Under the pieces are notes generated by a model that saw nothing but the letters and a program-made list of their open reading frames with translations, was not told where the DNA came from and searched no databases. From the NCBI GenBank assembly GCA_038230375.1, contig JBBRNJ010000033.1, positions 22,232-86,231 of the forward strand: a DNA stretch of 64,000 nucleotides, written 5' to 3'. A program made the position numbers and the translations under genes. The DNA comes from Polyangiales bacterium (GTDB lineage Bacteria; Myxococcota_A; Polyangia; Polyangiales; Polyangiaceae). Below are positions 30,121-42,644 of this stretch, in pieces (within the stretch, counting starts at the first letter, position 1; each line of letters opens with the position of its first letter).

Positions 30121-31932
30121 ATGGCCAAATTCAACACGCTCGTCGACATCTTTCACCAAGCGATCGCGACCTACCCCGAGAACGAGCTCTTCGGCACCAA
30201 GAAGAATGGTGTCTGGGAGTGGACGCACTATCTCGAGTTCGGAAAGATGGTGGACCAGTTCCGCGCAGGACTCGCGGGCCTTGGCATCGAGCGTGGTGAT
30301 CGTGTGGCCATCGTCGCGAACAATCGCGTCGAGTGGGCCGTCGCCGCGTACGCCTGCTTCGGTCTGGGCGCGGCGTTCGTGCCCATGTACGAGGCGCAGC
30401 TCAGCAAGGACTGGGAGTTCATCGCCAAGGACTGCGAGGCGAAGGCGCTCATCTGCGCGACCGACGCGATCGTCGAGAAGAGCAAGGAGTTCCTCGAGCG
30501 CGTCCCGTCCATCAAGGCGATCATCTCGCTGGATCCCAAGACCAAGGGCGATGGCAAGGTCCACACGTATGCGGCGCTGCTCGGCACTGGCAAGAAGGTC
30601 CCGACCATCAAGCCGGCCGTGAAGGACACGGCGTGCATCATCTACACCAGCGGAACCACCGGCAACCCGAAGGGCGTCATCCTCTCGCACGGCAACATCG
30701 CGTCCAACGTGAGCGCCGTTCATGACGTGTTCCCCATGGCGGCAATGGACCGCTCGCTCTCGTTCCTGCCGTGGGCGCACTCTTTCGGGCAGACGTGCGA
30801 GCTGCATTGCCTCTTCTCCGTCGGCGCCAGCATGGCGCTGTGCGAGGCCGTCGACAAGATCATCGAGCAGCTCGGCGAGACGAGGCCCACGCTGCTCTTC
30901 TCCGTGCCGCGCATCTTCAACAAACTCTATGCGGGTGTGCAGAAGCAGATCTCCGAGAAGCCCGGTTTCGTGCAGAACCTGGTGAAGAGCGCCATCAAGA
31001 CGCGCGGCAAGATGCGCGACGGCCAGGAGGTCTCGCTCGGCGAGTCACTCACGCTCGCGCTCACCGATCGCGTCGTCTTCGCGAAGGTGCGCCAGCGGTT
31101 CGGCGGCCGCCTCAAGTACGCCTTCTCGGGCGGCGCGGCGATCTCACGCGACGTGGCGGAGTTCATCGACGGCCTCGGCATCACCGTCTACGAGGGCTAC
31201 GGCCTCACGGAGACGTCGCCCATCACCACGGCGAACTGGCCGGGCTCGCGCCGGATCGGCAGCGTGGGTCGCGCCATTCCGGGCGTGCGCGTGGAGATCG
31301 CCAGCGATGGCGAGATCATCGTCTACGGCCCCAACGTCATGCAGGGCTACCACAACCGCGAGGAAGAGAACGCGGCCGTCTTCACGAAGGACGGCGGCTT
31401 CCGCACGGGTGACATGGGCAAGCTCGACGACGGCTTCGTCTTCATCACGGGCCGCATCAAGGAGCAGTACAAGCTGGAGAACGGCAAGTACGTCGTCCCC
31501 ACGCCGCTCGAGGAGCAGTACAAGCTCTCGCCGTACGTCCTGAACTTGATGGTCTACGGCGACAACAAGCCGTTCAACGTGGCGCTCGTCGTCGCGGACA
31601 AGAAACAAGTCGCGAAATGGGCTGCGGACAACGGCGTGACGGCCACCGGCGACAACCTCCTCAGCGATCCAAAGGTGCGCGCGCACTTCAAGAAGGAGCT
31701 CGATCACTACGGCGAGAAGTTCAAGGGCTTCGAGGAGGTTCGCGACTTCGTGATCGTCGACGAGGACTTCACCACGGACAACGGCATGCTGACGCCCAGC
31801 CTCAAGGTGAAGCGCCGTGCCGTGCTCGAGAAGTGGGGTGAGGTCCTGAACGCCCTCTACACGAAGAAGAAGGACAAGGGCGAGGCCAAGGCGGAGTCGA
31901 AGGGCGACAAGCCCAAGCCCGCCGAAGCGTAG
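30121..31932 (+). CDS. Long-chain fatty acid-CoA ligase (AMP-dependent synthetase)
   Basis: IIYTSGTTGNPKGV, YEGYGLTET, FRTGD.G, ITGRIKE, LTPSLKVKR. Start at ATG 30121. Confidence 0.93.
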   Translation: MAKFNTLVDIFHQAIATYPENELFGTKKNGVWEWTHYLEFGKMVDQFRAGLAGLGIERGDRVAIVANNRVEWAVAAYACFGLGAAFVPMYEAQLSKDWEFIAKDCEAKALICATDAIVEKSKEFLERVPSIKAIISLDPKTKGDGKVHTYAALLGTGKKVPTIKPAVKDTACIIYTSGTTGNPKGVILSHGNIASNVSAVHDVFPMAAMDRSLSFLPWAHSFGQTCELHCLFSVGASMALCEAVDKIIEQLGETRPTLLFSVPRIFNKLYAGVQKQISEKPGFVQNLVKSAIKTRGKMRDGQEVSLGESLTLALTDRVVFAKVRQRFGGRLKYAFSGGAAISRDVAEFIDGLGITVYEGYGLTETSPITTANWPGSRRIGSVGRAIPGVRVEIASDGEIIVYGPNVMQGYHNREEENAAVFTKDGGFRTGDMGKLDDGFVFITGRIKEQYKLENGKYVVPTPLEEQYKLSPYVLNLMVYGDNKPFNVALVVADKKQVAKWAADNGVTATGDNLLSDPKVRAHFKKELDHYGEKFKGFEEVRDFVIVDEDFTTDNGMLTPSLKVKRRAVLEKWGEVLNALYTKKKDKGEAKAESKGDKPKPAEA

Positions 31933-31959
31933 GAGCGGCCTGGAAACAGCGGATGCTGG

Positions 31960-34443
<2,484 letters not shown>

Positions 34444-34496
34444 GGGTACCCTCCGGGCTCTCGTGGTGCACCTTCTGGGCCGCACGTGGCGAACGG

Positions 34497-35864
34497 TCAG
34501 TGCCCCGAGAAAATACGCTTCTGTCTCATTGCGGCGACAAGCGCTGCAAAGAGGAACGGCAGCCATGGGGGGACCGACGAGGATCCAGCGGTCCCGCATC
34601 CACCACCACCCCCGGCGACGAGCGGGCGCCCAGCATCCGTGGCTCCTCCGCCGGCGTCGTCACTGCCGCTCGCTCCGGCATCGGCATCGCCCGGTCCGGC
34701 GCACGCTCCAGCGACGCACGTGGCGGCGACGTCGGCATTCATGCAGTCTGCATCCTTCTTGCACGTGTTGGTCGCGAGCCTGCAGAGATCGTCCGCGAGG
34801 CACTGGTAGTCACCAGAGGTGGTGGTCGCGGCGCACGTGAAGCCCTTGCCGCAAGGACGCTGTGCGTCGCAGGCGCGACCGCACACACGACCCACCTCGC
34901 CCGGAAGGTCGATGCACCGCGCGTCCGCTCCAGCGCCGGCGCATGCGTCGGGGACGCGCGCGCATGGTGAGCACACAGCGGAAGGCTCCTTCGCTCGCTC
35001 GCATGCGGCCGCCACGCACGCAAAGCCGGCAGGGCAGGGTGTCTCGTCGCATCCGCCGCTGCCCTTGCCGGGGTAGAGCGCGCACACGCCGGCGCGGTCG
35101 TCAGCTTCGAGCGAGCGCCACGCGCGACCGGCCAGCGTGGGATACATGGTCGCCGTGGGCTCTGGCGAGTGCGCAAGGCCCAGCGCATGACCGAGCTCGT
35201 GGGTCAGGACAGAGCGAACATCCACAGTTCCGCCGTCGCCCTGAAGCGAGAACGTGCTCCCCACGCCGTTCAGGAAGATGTCTGCATCATGCATGCTTCC
35301 GTCTGGGTTCTGGTGGATGACGGTCTGCCCGAGCGCGTTCGGAACGAGCTCGGCGGGCCACGCAACATCCTCGAAGAAGATCACGTTCAGGCCGTCGTCA
35401 GCTGGCGTCGCCATGACCGGCGCTGCCGAGACCGTCGCGCGGAAGGCGGAGCACGACGGGCGCGCCCACGCAGCTGCAGCGACCGCAAGATCACCCGCTG
35501 GAGCCAGGCCGAGCGTCTTGCTTCCCGGCGCCGCGAGCGCGAACACCACCGGCAAGGTGGTCCACGTCGCGTGGGAAGGATCCTGCACGTAGGCGCGGCC
35601 GGGGACGCGAGGGGAGGGAGCCGTTCTCAGGTCGCGCCGCACCGTCATCCCGAGCGCAGGCACCACATAGCCGGCGAGGTGCGCGCGACGGCCCGATGGC
35701 AAGGTGCCTCCGACGATGCGGACGGTCTCCATTGTTCCGTCGGCGTCGCGCAGTGTGGCCGACGTGATCGGGAGCTCCTCCAGGATTCCCTGTCCGCGCT
35801 CGGTGTGTGCCGCCACGACGACGACGCTGTCTCCAGCCGTTGGATTCTCCGCGAGCGCGTCCAC
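34497..35864 (-). CDS. Matrixin (M10) metalloprotease with Cys-rich domain and MYXO-CTERM-like tail
   Basis: HELGHALGLAHS (HExxHxxGxxH), Met-turn ATMYP, Cys-rich repeats, and tail GGGGC..PWLPFLFAALVAAMRQKR. Confidence 0.85.
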   Translation of the reverse strand: MDALAENPTAGDSVVVVAAHTERGQGILEELPITSATLRDADGTMETVRIVGGTLPSGRRAHLAGYVVPALGMTVRRDLRTAPSPRVPGRAYVQDPSHATWTTLPVVFALAAPGSKTLGLAPAGDLAVAAAAWARPSCSAFRATVSAAPVMATPADDGLNVIFFEDVAWPAELVPNALGQTVIHQNPDGSMHDADIFLNGVGSTFSLQGDGGTVDVRSVLTHELGHALGLAHSPEPTATMYPTLAGRAWRSLEADDRAGVCALYPGKGSGGCDETPCPAGFACVAAACERAKEPSAVCSPCARVPDACAGAGADARCIDLPGEVGRVCGRACDAQRPCGKGFTCAATTTSGDYQCLADDLCRLATNTCKKDADCMNADVAATCVAGACAGPGDADAGASGSDDAGGGATDAGRPLVAGGGGGCGTAGSSSVPPWLPFLFAALVAAMRQKRIFSGH

Positions 35865-35887
35865 CCTTGTCCTATAGCATGATGCGT

Positions 35888-36715
35888 ATGGACGCCCTTT
35901 CTGCCGCGGTCATCCAGTTGAACAGCCAGAGCGACGTGGGCGAGAACCTCGCGCGCGCCAGGAACGAGATCAAGAACGCAGCACGCGCCGGCGCGAAGCT
36001 GGTGGTCCTTCCGGAGAACTTCGCGTTCATGGGCGAGGAGGACGACAAGCGGAAGATCGCGGAAAACCTGACCGCGGGCGCACCGGGCCCCATCGCTGCG
36101 TTCCTGCGCGACGCGGCGAAGGACGAGGGCATCTTCCTCATCGGCGGCGGCATGCCCGAGGCGTCGAGCGATCCCGCGCGGCCGTTCAACACCAGTGTGC
36201 TGGTCTCGCCCGCAGGCGAGATAGTTGCATCCTACAGGAAAGTGCACCTGTTCGACGTGGACCTGCCTGACGGCACGCAGGCGCTCGAGAGCCGCGCTAC
36301 CAACGCTGGTGAGCCGGGTGGCCTTCGTGTGCAGGAGGTCCTGGGCGTGAAGGTCGGCATGACCATCTGCTACGACCTGCGCTTCCCCGAGGAGTACCGC
36401 GCGCTGGTGGATCTGGGCGCGCGCATCGTCACCGTGCCCGCGGCGTTCACGTTGATGACGGGCAAGGACCACTGGCATGCGCTCCTGCGGGCGCGCGCGA
36501 TCGAGAACCAGGTCTTCGTGCTCGCTGCCGCGCAGCACGGCAAGCACCCGCGCGGACGCACCACGTACGGGAAGAGCATCATCGTGGATCCGTGGGGCGA
36601 TGTGCTCGCGCAAGCGGGCGAGGGGATCGGCTTCGCGATCGCGCGACTGGACTTCGACTACCAGGATCGCGTGCGCGCGGGCCTCCCGTGCCTCGCGCAT
36701 CGGCGCATCAAGTAG
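35888..36715 (+). CDS. Carbon-nitrogen hydrolase (Nit1 / deaminated glutathione amidase-like)
   Basis: LPENF, YRKVHLFDV, ICYDLRFPE, ARAIENQ, DPWG (E-K-C triad). Confidence 0.93.
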   Translation: MDALSAAVIQLNSQSDVGENLARARNEIKNAARAGAKLVVLPENFAFMGEEDDKRKIAENLTAGAPGPIAAFLRDAAKDEGIFLIGGGMPEASSDPARPFNTSVLVSPAGEIVASYRKVHLFDVDLPDGTQALESRATNAGEPGGLRVQEVLGVKVGMTICYDLRFPEEYRALVDLGARIVTVPAAFTLMTGKDHWHALLRARAIENQVFVLAAAQHGKHPRGRTTYGKSIIVDPWGDVLAQAGEGIGFAIARLDFDYQDRVRAGLPCLAHRRIK

Positions 36716-36730
36716 CGGGCCGGGGCCCCT

Positions 36731-37783
36731 CTACTTCTTGAGGTGCTCGCGCGCCACGTCGGCCCAGGTGCCCACGGGCTCGAGCTCGAGGTACTTCTGC
36801 CAGTGCGTGACCGCACGGTCGCGCTCGAACGTGGCCTCGTAGGCCATGGCCAGATTGAAGTGCGCGTCCGCGAAGCGCGGGTCTGCCTGGAGCGCCCGGA
36901 GGAAGAACGGGACCGCCCGCGCGGGCTCGCCGCGCTCCAGCATCACGTAGCCCAGGTTGTAGTGCGCCTCGGGCTGCCGCGAGTCGATCTCGAGCGCCGT
37001 CCGATAGAGCCCCTCGGCGCCTGGTGCGTCGCCGCGACGGAAGCGGATGTTGCCCAGGTTCGTGTAGGCGATGGCAAGGCCGGGGTCGAGGTCGATGGCG
37101 CGCTTGTAGAGCTTCTCCGCCTCGTCGAAGGACTCGGGGTCCTCATCCATCGCGCTCGCGCGCATGTAGAGATCGTACGCGGTGCGTGCCTTGGCCTCCG
37201 CGGTCTGTGGACGCAGCATGGTGACCACGTCGCGTTGGAGCGAGCCCACGTGGAAGTCGATCACCATCTGGCCGGAGATGGGCTCGAACGCGCCTTCGTC
37301 CGCGCGCACCACGATCTTGCGACCGTCGCTCGTGATGCGCAGCTCCTGGAGCGGCCGCACCACGCGCGGGAGAGTCTTCTGCAGCGCCGAGACGGCCTTC
37401 TGCACGTCGGCGAGGCGGATGTTCTTCGCGAGCAGCTCACGCGTTGCGCGGAGCGCGATGAGATCCTGGAACGTGTAGGCGCGCTTTCCGCTGCGCTCAC
37501 CGGCGGGCGACACGACGGCGGCCTTGTCCAGGGACCGAAGCTGCGCAGAGGTGAGCCCGAGCAGCTTCGCAACCTCCTTCGCGCTGAACATATCCGTGAC
37601 GGGCTCGGTGAGGCGGCCCTTGGAGAGCTGCGGCTCGTGGCCCGCGCCCTGCTTCGCGGCAGCCTTGGCCGCAGCCTTCTTGTCCAGCGCAGACAACTCC
37701 TTCAGGCGTCCGCCGCCAGGGCCGAACTGCACGTGGATGATGTCGGCGCCCTTCTTGCGCTTGGTCTTTCGTTCGTCGGTCAT
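36731..37783 (-). CDS. MerR-type HTH plus TPR protein
   Basis: FSAKEVAKLLGLTSAQLR..YTFQDLIALR, then TPRs (AYTNLGN, EAHYNLGY, DAHFNLA). Confidence 0.85.
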   Translation of the reverse strand: MTDERKTKRKKGADIIHVQFGPGGGRLKELSALDKKAAAKAAAKQGAGHEPQLSKGRLTEPVTDMFSAKEVAKLLGLTSAQLRSLDKAAVVSPAGERSGKRAYTFQDLIALRATRELLAKNIRLADVQKAVSALQKTLPRVVRPLQELRITSDGRKIVVRADEGAFEPISGQMVIDFHVGSLQRDVVTMLRPQTAEAKARTAYDLYMRASAMDEDPESFDEAEKLYKRAIDLDPGLAIAYTNLGNIRFRRGDAPGAEGLYRTALEIDSRQPEAHYNLGYVMLERGEPARAVPFFLRALQADPRFADAHFNLAMAYEATFERDRAVTHWQKYLELEPVGTWADVAREHLKK

Positions 37784-37793
37784 CACGTGGAGA

Positions 37794-38243
37794 TCACTCA
37801 CCGGGGGCTCGGCTCCGGCGTCGACGCTCAATCAAGGGCGCCTGGACCTCGACGTCAATCCTGAGCCCGACGGAATCTTCCGAGACGCGAAATTCCGCTG
37901 ACAATTTGCCCAGCGCACCAGGCGCTCGGCTCTCCGCCTCACGGACCGCCGTGCGGATGGCGCGCGTGCGGACGTGGATGTCGCGCGAGGCGAGGGCGAC
38001 GTAGAACGCGCGCTCGGAATCGGTCCCCGTCAACGCGACGAGCAGGCTCGTGGACCCGTACCAGACGCGTCCATCGGTCTCGTTGCGCACTGCGCCTTCG
38101 CTCATGGCGTCGGCGCCATCGATGAGCGCGCGCCAGCGGCTCTCGACCGCGCGCACCTGCTCGCCGCCGCGCTGAAAGAGCGGTTGCTCCCGGCTCTTCC
38201 TGACACCGGGCCCCCGGCGCCCTTTCGAAGCAGCGTCTACCAT
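37794..38243 (-). CDS. Hypothetical protein
   Basis: About 149 aa, co-oriented, ending 10 nt before the MerR-TPR gene. Confidence 0.65.
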   Translation of the reverse strand: MVDAASKGRRGPGVRKSREQPLFQRGGEQVRAVESRWRALIDGADAMSEGAVRNETDGRVWYGSTSLLVALTGTDSERAFYVALASRDIHVRTRAIRTAVREAESRAPGALGKLSAEFRVSEDSVGLRIDVEVQAPLIERRRRSRAPGE

Positions 38244-38360
38244 TGATTTGAAATCGTGCCGAACCCGCACCAAGACGAGCAACTTTCGCGTTGCTCGAGA
38301 CGTGCTTACGGGAGAGCGGCGGCCGGCAGACGCTCCGGCAGATCCGCGAGATCCGGCGGG

Positions 38361-39104
38361 TCAGCCGGCGGCTCTTACCTGCGGCGCGAGCGGAACGATG
38401 ATCTGCTCGACCGTGATTCCGGCCGGCGATGACTCGATCCACGTTGCGTGCGCGATCGTCGGCACGCGGATGCTCGGACTGCCGGAGCTGCCGGAGCTGC
38501 CGGAGCTGGCGGCAGGCGGGTGCGCGGGGTCGGCCTCGGCTGTGCCGTCGGGCGCGTCGCCCACGCTGCCCACGTTGATGATGCGCACGTCGGCCACGGT
38601 TCGGTCGAACGGGACGTGGCTCATTCCGCAGACGATCACGTCGGCGGGATCGTCGCCGATGAGTGCAAGGATCTCCTCGTCGCTCATGTCGTGCGTGAGC
38701 GGCTCCGATGGATCCACCGGCGACCCGTGCACGAGGAGGAGCTCACGCCCGTCTTCGAGTGGGATGCGCGCGTGCGTGGGCGTCCGGCGAAGGCGACCGA
38801 GCACCAGCTCCCCGAGCTGCGCCTGTACGTCTCGCAGGCGAGCAAGGCGACCCTTCTCGTGCTCCGTCTGGGGCGACAGGTCATCCGGGTTCAGCGTTGC
38901 GAGCGCGCGGTCCGACACGCCCTGGACCATGATGGCCCCCGCAGCCGAGAGCCTGCGCCAGGTCTCGAGCGGCTCCGGTCCAGGAAATACGATGTCGCCT
39001 GCAACGAGCAGCTTCTGGAAGCTGCGCTTCTCGGCCGTCGCAAGGACGGCGCGGAGAGCATCGAGCTCACCATGAATGTCGGAGACGCAAAGGAACCGGA
39101 GCAC
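38361..39104 (-). CDS. Metallophosphoesterase (YfcE/calcineurin-like)
   Basis: SDIHG, AGDIV, HGSP, SHVPF, NVGSVG. The usual GNHD is replaced by GVSD and GH.H by GMSH. Confidence 0.85.
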   Translation of the reverse strand: MLRFLCVSDIHGELDALRAVLATAEKRSFQKLLVAGDIVFPGPEPLETWRRLSAAGAIMVQGVSDRALATLNPDDLSPQTEHEKGRLARLRDVQAQLGELVLGRLRRTPTHARIPLEDGRELLLVHGSPVDPSEPLTHDMSDEEILALIGDDPADVIVCGMSHVPFDRTVADVRIINVGSVGDAPDGTAEADPAHPPAASSGSSGSSGSPSIRVPTIAHATWIESSPAGITVEQIIVPLAPQVRAAG

Positions 39105-39113
39105 CCTCTAACC

Positions 39114-39953
39114 CTAGCGCGGATGAGGCGCCTCCGGAGCGGATTCGCCATCCAGCGCCGTGCGCAAGCTCGACACCAGGGCCTTGACCTTGGCGATGCG
39201 GGCGTCTGGCGATGTTGCGTTCTCGATCTCGCGCACGATGGCGGTTCCGACGACCACGCCGTCGGCGCCGCGCGCTGCGAGCTTCGCCTTGTCCGGGCCG
39301 TCGATGCCGAAGCCGATCACCACGGGGAGCCCGGTTCGCGCGCGCACCTGGGACGCCCGGACCGCGGCCTCCGGAAGGGGCGCTGCGGCGTTGCCCGTGA
39401 CGCCCGCGACCGAGACGTAGTACACGAACCCGGCGTCCGCGCCGTGCTGCGCCAGGCGGGCGACATGCGCGTCCGTGCTGGTGGGCGCGACCAGCGGCAC
39501 CACGCGGAGGTCGTTCGCGCGGGCGGCGGCCATCAGCTCTTCACCGTGCCCGAATGGGAGGTCCACCACGAGGAGCGCGTCGATGCCGGCCTCCCTGGCC
39601 GCGAGCACCGCCTTGTCCGTGCCGCGTACGTAGAGCGGGTTGTAATAGCCGAAGAGCACCAGCGGTAGATCCTTGTAGGATGCACGTAATGCCGTCGCCA
39701 CACGCAGGGTCATCGTCAGTCCTCCACCCGCGGCGATGGAGCGCTCGCTGGCGCGGGCGATCACCGGGCCGTCCGCCGTGGGATCGCTGAAGGGCGAGCC
39801 CAGCTCCAGGATGTCCGCGCCGGCATCCACGCATGCCTTTGCGAGCGCGAGGGACTCGGTCTCGTTCGGATCGCCGATGCAGAGGTAGGTGACGAGGAGC
39901 TTTCGCTTCGCCTCACGCGCGTGGGAGAACGCGCGCTCGATGCGGCCGTTCAC
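39114..39953 (-). CDS. trpA: Tryptophan synthase alpha chain
   Basis: [48 protein letters not shown]. Confidence 0.97.
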   Translation of the reverse strand: MNGRIERAFSHAREAKRKLLVTYLCIGDPNETESLALAKACVDAGADILELGSPFSDPTADGPVIARASERSIAAGGGLTMTLRVATALRASYKDLPLVLFGYYNPLYVRGTDKAVLAAREAGIDALLVVDLPFGHGEELMAAARANDLRVVPLVAPTSTDAHVARLAQHGADAGFVYYVSVAGVTGNAAAPLPEAAVRASQVRARTGLPVVIGFGIDGPDKAKLAARGADGVVVGTAIVREIENATSPDARIAKVKALVSSLRTALDGESAPEAPHPR

Positions 39954-41218
39954 GATGGGTCCTTCTCGGCGCGCTCATGCTCGCGGAGGTCGCGCTCGCG
40001 CAGGTAGGTCGCGAGATCCTTGTCGCCGCGCCCGCTGAGGCAGAACGCGAGCGTGACCGGGCGGCCGCGCTCCGCGGACAGGATGTCGGCGATGTCCTTC
40101 ACGCGCGCGAACGCGTGCGCGGTCTCCAGCGCGGGAAGGATGCCCTCCGTGCGCGTGACGAGCGTGGCCGCGGTGATGGCCTCGTTGTCGGTGGCGGAGA
40201 GGTAGCGTGCGCGCGCGGAGTCCTTGAGGTGGGCGTGCTCGGGGCCCACGCCTGGGTAGTCGAGGCCCGCGCTGATCGAGTGCGCCTCCTGGACCTGGCC
40301 CTCGTCGTTCGAGAGGACGTAGGACAGAGAGCCGTGCAGGATGCCCTTGCGGCCTCGGGTGAGCGTGGCTGCATGCTTGTCCGTGTGCACGCCGTGGCCG
40401 GCGGCCTCCACGCCGAAGAGCGCGACGCTGTCGTCCTTCATGAAGGCCCGGAACATGCCGATCGCGTTCGAGCCGCCGCCGACGCACGCGATCACGCCAT
40501 CTGGAAGCGCGCCCGTCGCCGCGAGCACCTGCGCGCGCGCCTCTTCGCCGATGACCGACTGAAAGCCCGCGACGAGCTCGGGGTAGGGGTGAGGTCCCGC
40601 AGCGGAGCCGATGCAGTAGTACGTGGTGCCGACGTTGGTGACCCAGTCACGGAGCGCCTCGTTCATGGCGTCCTTCAGCGTCTTCGAGCCGGACGTGACG
40701 GGGATGACGCGCGCACCGAGCATGGTCATGCGCGCCACGTTGGGCGCCTGACGTGCCACGTCCGACTCGCCCATGAAGACGTCGCATGGAAGGCCCAGGA
40801 GCGCTGCGGCCGTGGCAGTGGCGACGCCGTGCTGCCCTGCGCCGGTCTCCGCGATGATGCGAGCCTTGCCCATGCGCTTCGCGAGGAGCACCTGCCCGAG
40901 CGCGTTGTTGATCTTGTGCGCGCCCGTGTGACAGAGATCTTCTCGCTTCAGGAAGAGCCGCGCGATCTTGGTGTGATCCGCATTGAGCGCGCGTGCCAGC
41001 CTGTCCGCGCTGGAGAGCGGCGTGGGTCGACCCACGTAAGAAGCGAGGAGCTCGCGCCATTCAGCCTGGAATGCGGCGCTCGCGACCACGTCCTTCATGG
41101 CGACGGTGAGCTCGTCCAGGGCGAACATCAATGTCTCCGACACGAACCGCCCGCCGAACGCGCCGTAGTAACCTTCACGGCTATCTGGTTGCGGCACGGG
41201 CGGATCCTTGGTGGGCAT
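39950..41218 (-). CDS. trpB: Tryptophan synthase beta chain
   Basis: [56 protein letters not shown]. Start at ATG 41218. Confidence 0.97.
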   Translation of the reverse strand: MPTKDPPVPQPDSREGYYGAFGGRFVSETLMFALDELTVAMKDVVASAAFQAEWRELLASYVGRPTPLSSADRLARALNADHTKIARLFLKREDLCHTGAHKINNALGQVLLAKRMGKARIIAETGAGQHGVATATAAALLGLPCDVFMGESDVARQAPNVARMTMLGARVIPVTSGSKTLKDAMNEALRDWVTNVGTTYYCIGSAAGPHPYPELVAGFQSVIGEEARAQVLAATGALPDGVIACVGGGSNAIGMFRAFMKDDSVALFGVEAAGHGVHTDKHAATLTRGRKGILHGSLSYVLSNDEGQVQEAHSISAGLDYPGVGPEHAHLKDSARARYLSATDNEAITAATLVTRTEGILPALETAHAFARVKDIADILSAERGRPVTLAFCLSGRGDKDLATYLRERDLREHERAEKDPS

Positions 41219-41275
41219 GACGCACGCATTCTGGCACGCTCGCGCGCTGCACGAAAGCCGTGTAAACGGTGGAGC

Positions 41276-42478
41276 ATGTCCGAAGAGAAGCTCCTCGCCG
41301 CCCGCGCAGAGTTCCCGTCGCTCGAATCGTGCACGCACCTCATCAGTCACTCCCTTGGCGCCATGCCGAAGGCCGCCCGCACGTACGCGAACCAGTTTCT
41401 GGACGAATGGGAGAACGACTCGATCACGGCGTGGGGCAAGTGGCTTCCGGCAGTGCGCTCGCTCGCGGACGTGGTGTCGGGTGTGCTTGGCGTCGAGAGC
41501 GGCTCCACGCTCATCTTGCCAAACGTCTCCACCATCCAGGCGGCCGTCGCGTCGTGCTTCACGTTCGACGACACGCAGAAGGGTCGCTTCGCAGGTCGCA
41601 ACAAGATCGTCTACGACGAGCTGAACTTCTCCACCGTCCACTACGTGTGGCGCGAGCAGGAGCGACGTGGCGCGAAGGTCGTGGTCGTCCCGAGCAAGGA
41701 CGGAATCCACGCACCCATCGACGCACTGCTCGACGCGATCGACGAAGAGACGCTGCTCGTCCCGATCAGCCATGTGCTCTTCCGTTCCAGTGGCGTCTAC
41801 GACGTCGGGCGTGTGGTGGAGAAGGCGAAGAAGGTGGGCGCGCTCGTGCTGCTCGACTGCTACCAGTCTGCGGGGACCGTCCCGCTCGACCTTGGCAAGC
41901 TCGGCGTCGACATGGCGTGCGGCGGCTCGGTGAAGTGGGTCTGTGGAGGCCCAGGCGCCGCGTACCTCTACATCCGCAAGGATCTGTTGCCCGACCTCAC
42001 GCCCATGTCCGCCGGGTGGTTCGCGCACGCGGAGCCATTCGCCTTCGACATGGGCCCCATGCGCTGGGCAGAGGATGTCTGGAAGCTCATCGGCGGCACC
42101 ATGGCCATCCCTGCGATCTACACGGCGCGCGCGGGCTGGGAGACGGTGGCGCGCCTGGGTGTCGACAACATCCGCAAGAAGTCGCTCCGCCAGACGCGCA
42201 TGCTCCGCGAGGAGCTGCTGAAGCGTGACTTCACGGTCAACACACCAGACCTTGACGTGCAGCGCGGCGGCACCATCTGCTTCGACTTCGAGGGCGCGGA
42301 GCTTGTCTCACGCGAGCTCAACGCGCGCCGCTTCTTCCACGACTTCCGTCCCCGCGCCGGCATCCGCGTGAGCCCGCACTTCTACACCACCGACGACGAG
42401 CTCCGAGCCTTCCTCGCCGCGCTGGACGAAGTCCGCAAGAACGGCCCCAAGCAAAGCGCCGCAGCGCGCTCCTACTAG
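41276..42478 (+). CDS. Kynureninase-like PLP enzyme (aminotransferase class V)
   Basis: [42 protein letters not shown] match the KynU-type pattern. GGAG SD. Confidence 0.8.
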   Translation: MSEEKLLAARAEFPSLESCTHLISHSLGAMPKAARTYANQFLDEWENDSITAWGKWLPAVRSLADVVSGVLGVESGSTLILPNVSTIQAAVASCFTFDDTQKGRFAGRNKIVYDELNFSTVHYVWREQERRGAKVVVVPSKDGIHAPIDALLDAIDEETLLVPISHVLFRSSGVYDVGRVVEKAKKVGALVLLDCYQSAGTVPLDLGKLGVDMACGGSVKWVCGGPGAAYLYIRKDLLPDLTPMSAGWFAHAEPFAFDMGPMRWAEDVWKLIGGTMAIPAIYTARAGWETVARLGVDNIRKKSLRQTRMLREELLKRDFTVNTPDLDVQRGGTICFDFEGAELVSRELNARRFFHDFRPRAGIRVSPHFYTTDDELRAFLAALDEVRKNGPKQSAAARSY

Positions 42479-42499
42479 CTCAACCCCCATCGAACGATG

Positions 42500-42644
42500 T
42501 GAACAGCGTCGGATCGGGCAGGAGCCGCCCGTCAGGCGAGGCTTTGGGCGAGCACCGCCCGGAACGTACTCCCGTACGTGAGGACGGAGCGCAGTCCAAA
42601 ACGAAGCCTGGCGGGATGGATCCTGCCCGAGGCGCCGCTGTTCA
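42500..42644. repeat. ~145-nt imperfect palindrome / long hairpin (REP- or MITE-like element or structured RNA) between convergent genes
   Basis: Nested arms TGAACAGCG/CGCTGTTCA, TCGGGCAGGA/TCCTGCCCGA, CCCGTCAGGC/GCCTGGCGGG, TTTGGG/TCCAAA, and apical ACGTAC-tccc-GTACGT. Confidence 0.85.

Noticed and set aside
39950..42478. Apparent long overlap of the trpB and kynU-like ORFs in the track
   Set aside because: Artefact of upstream start choice. The motif-supported starts are 41218 (-) and 41276 (+).
42500..42644. Hairpin as SRP RNA, 6S RNA or tRNA
   Set aside because: No SRP domain IV motif, no large central bubble and no cloverleaf recognisable.
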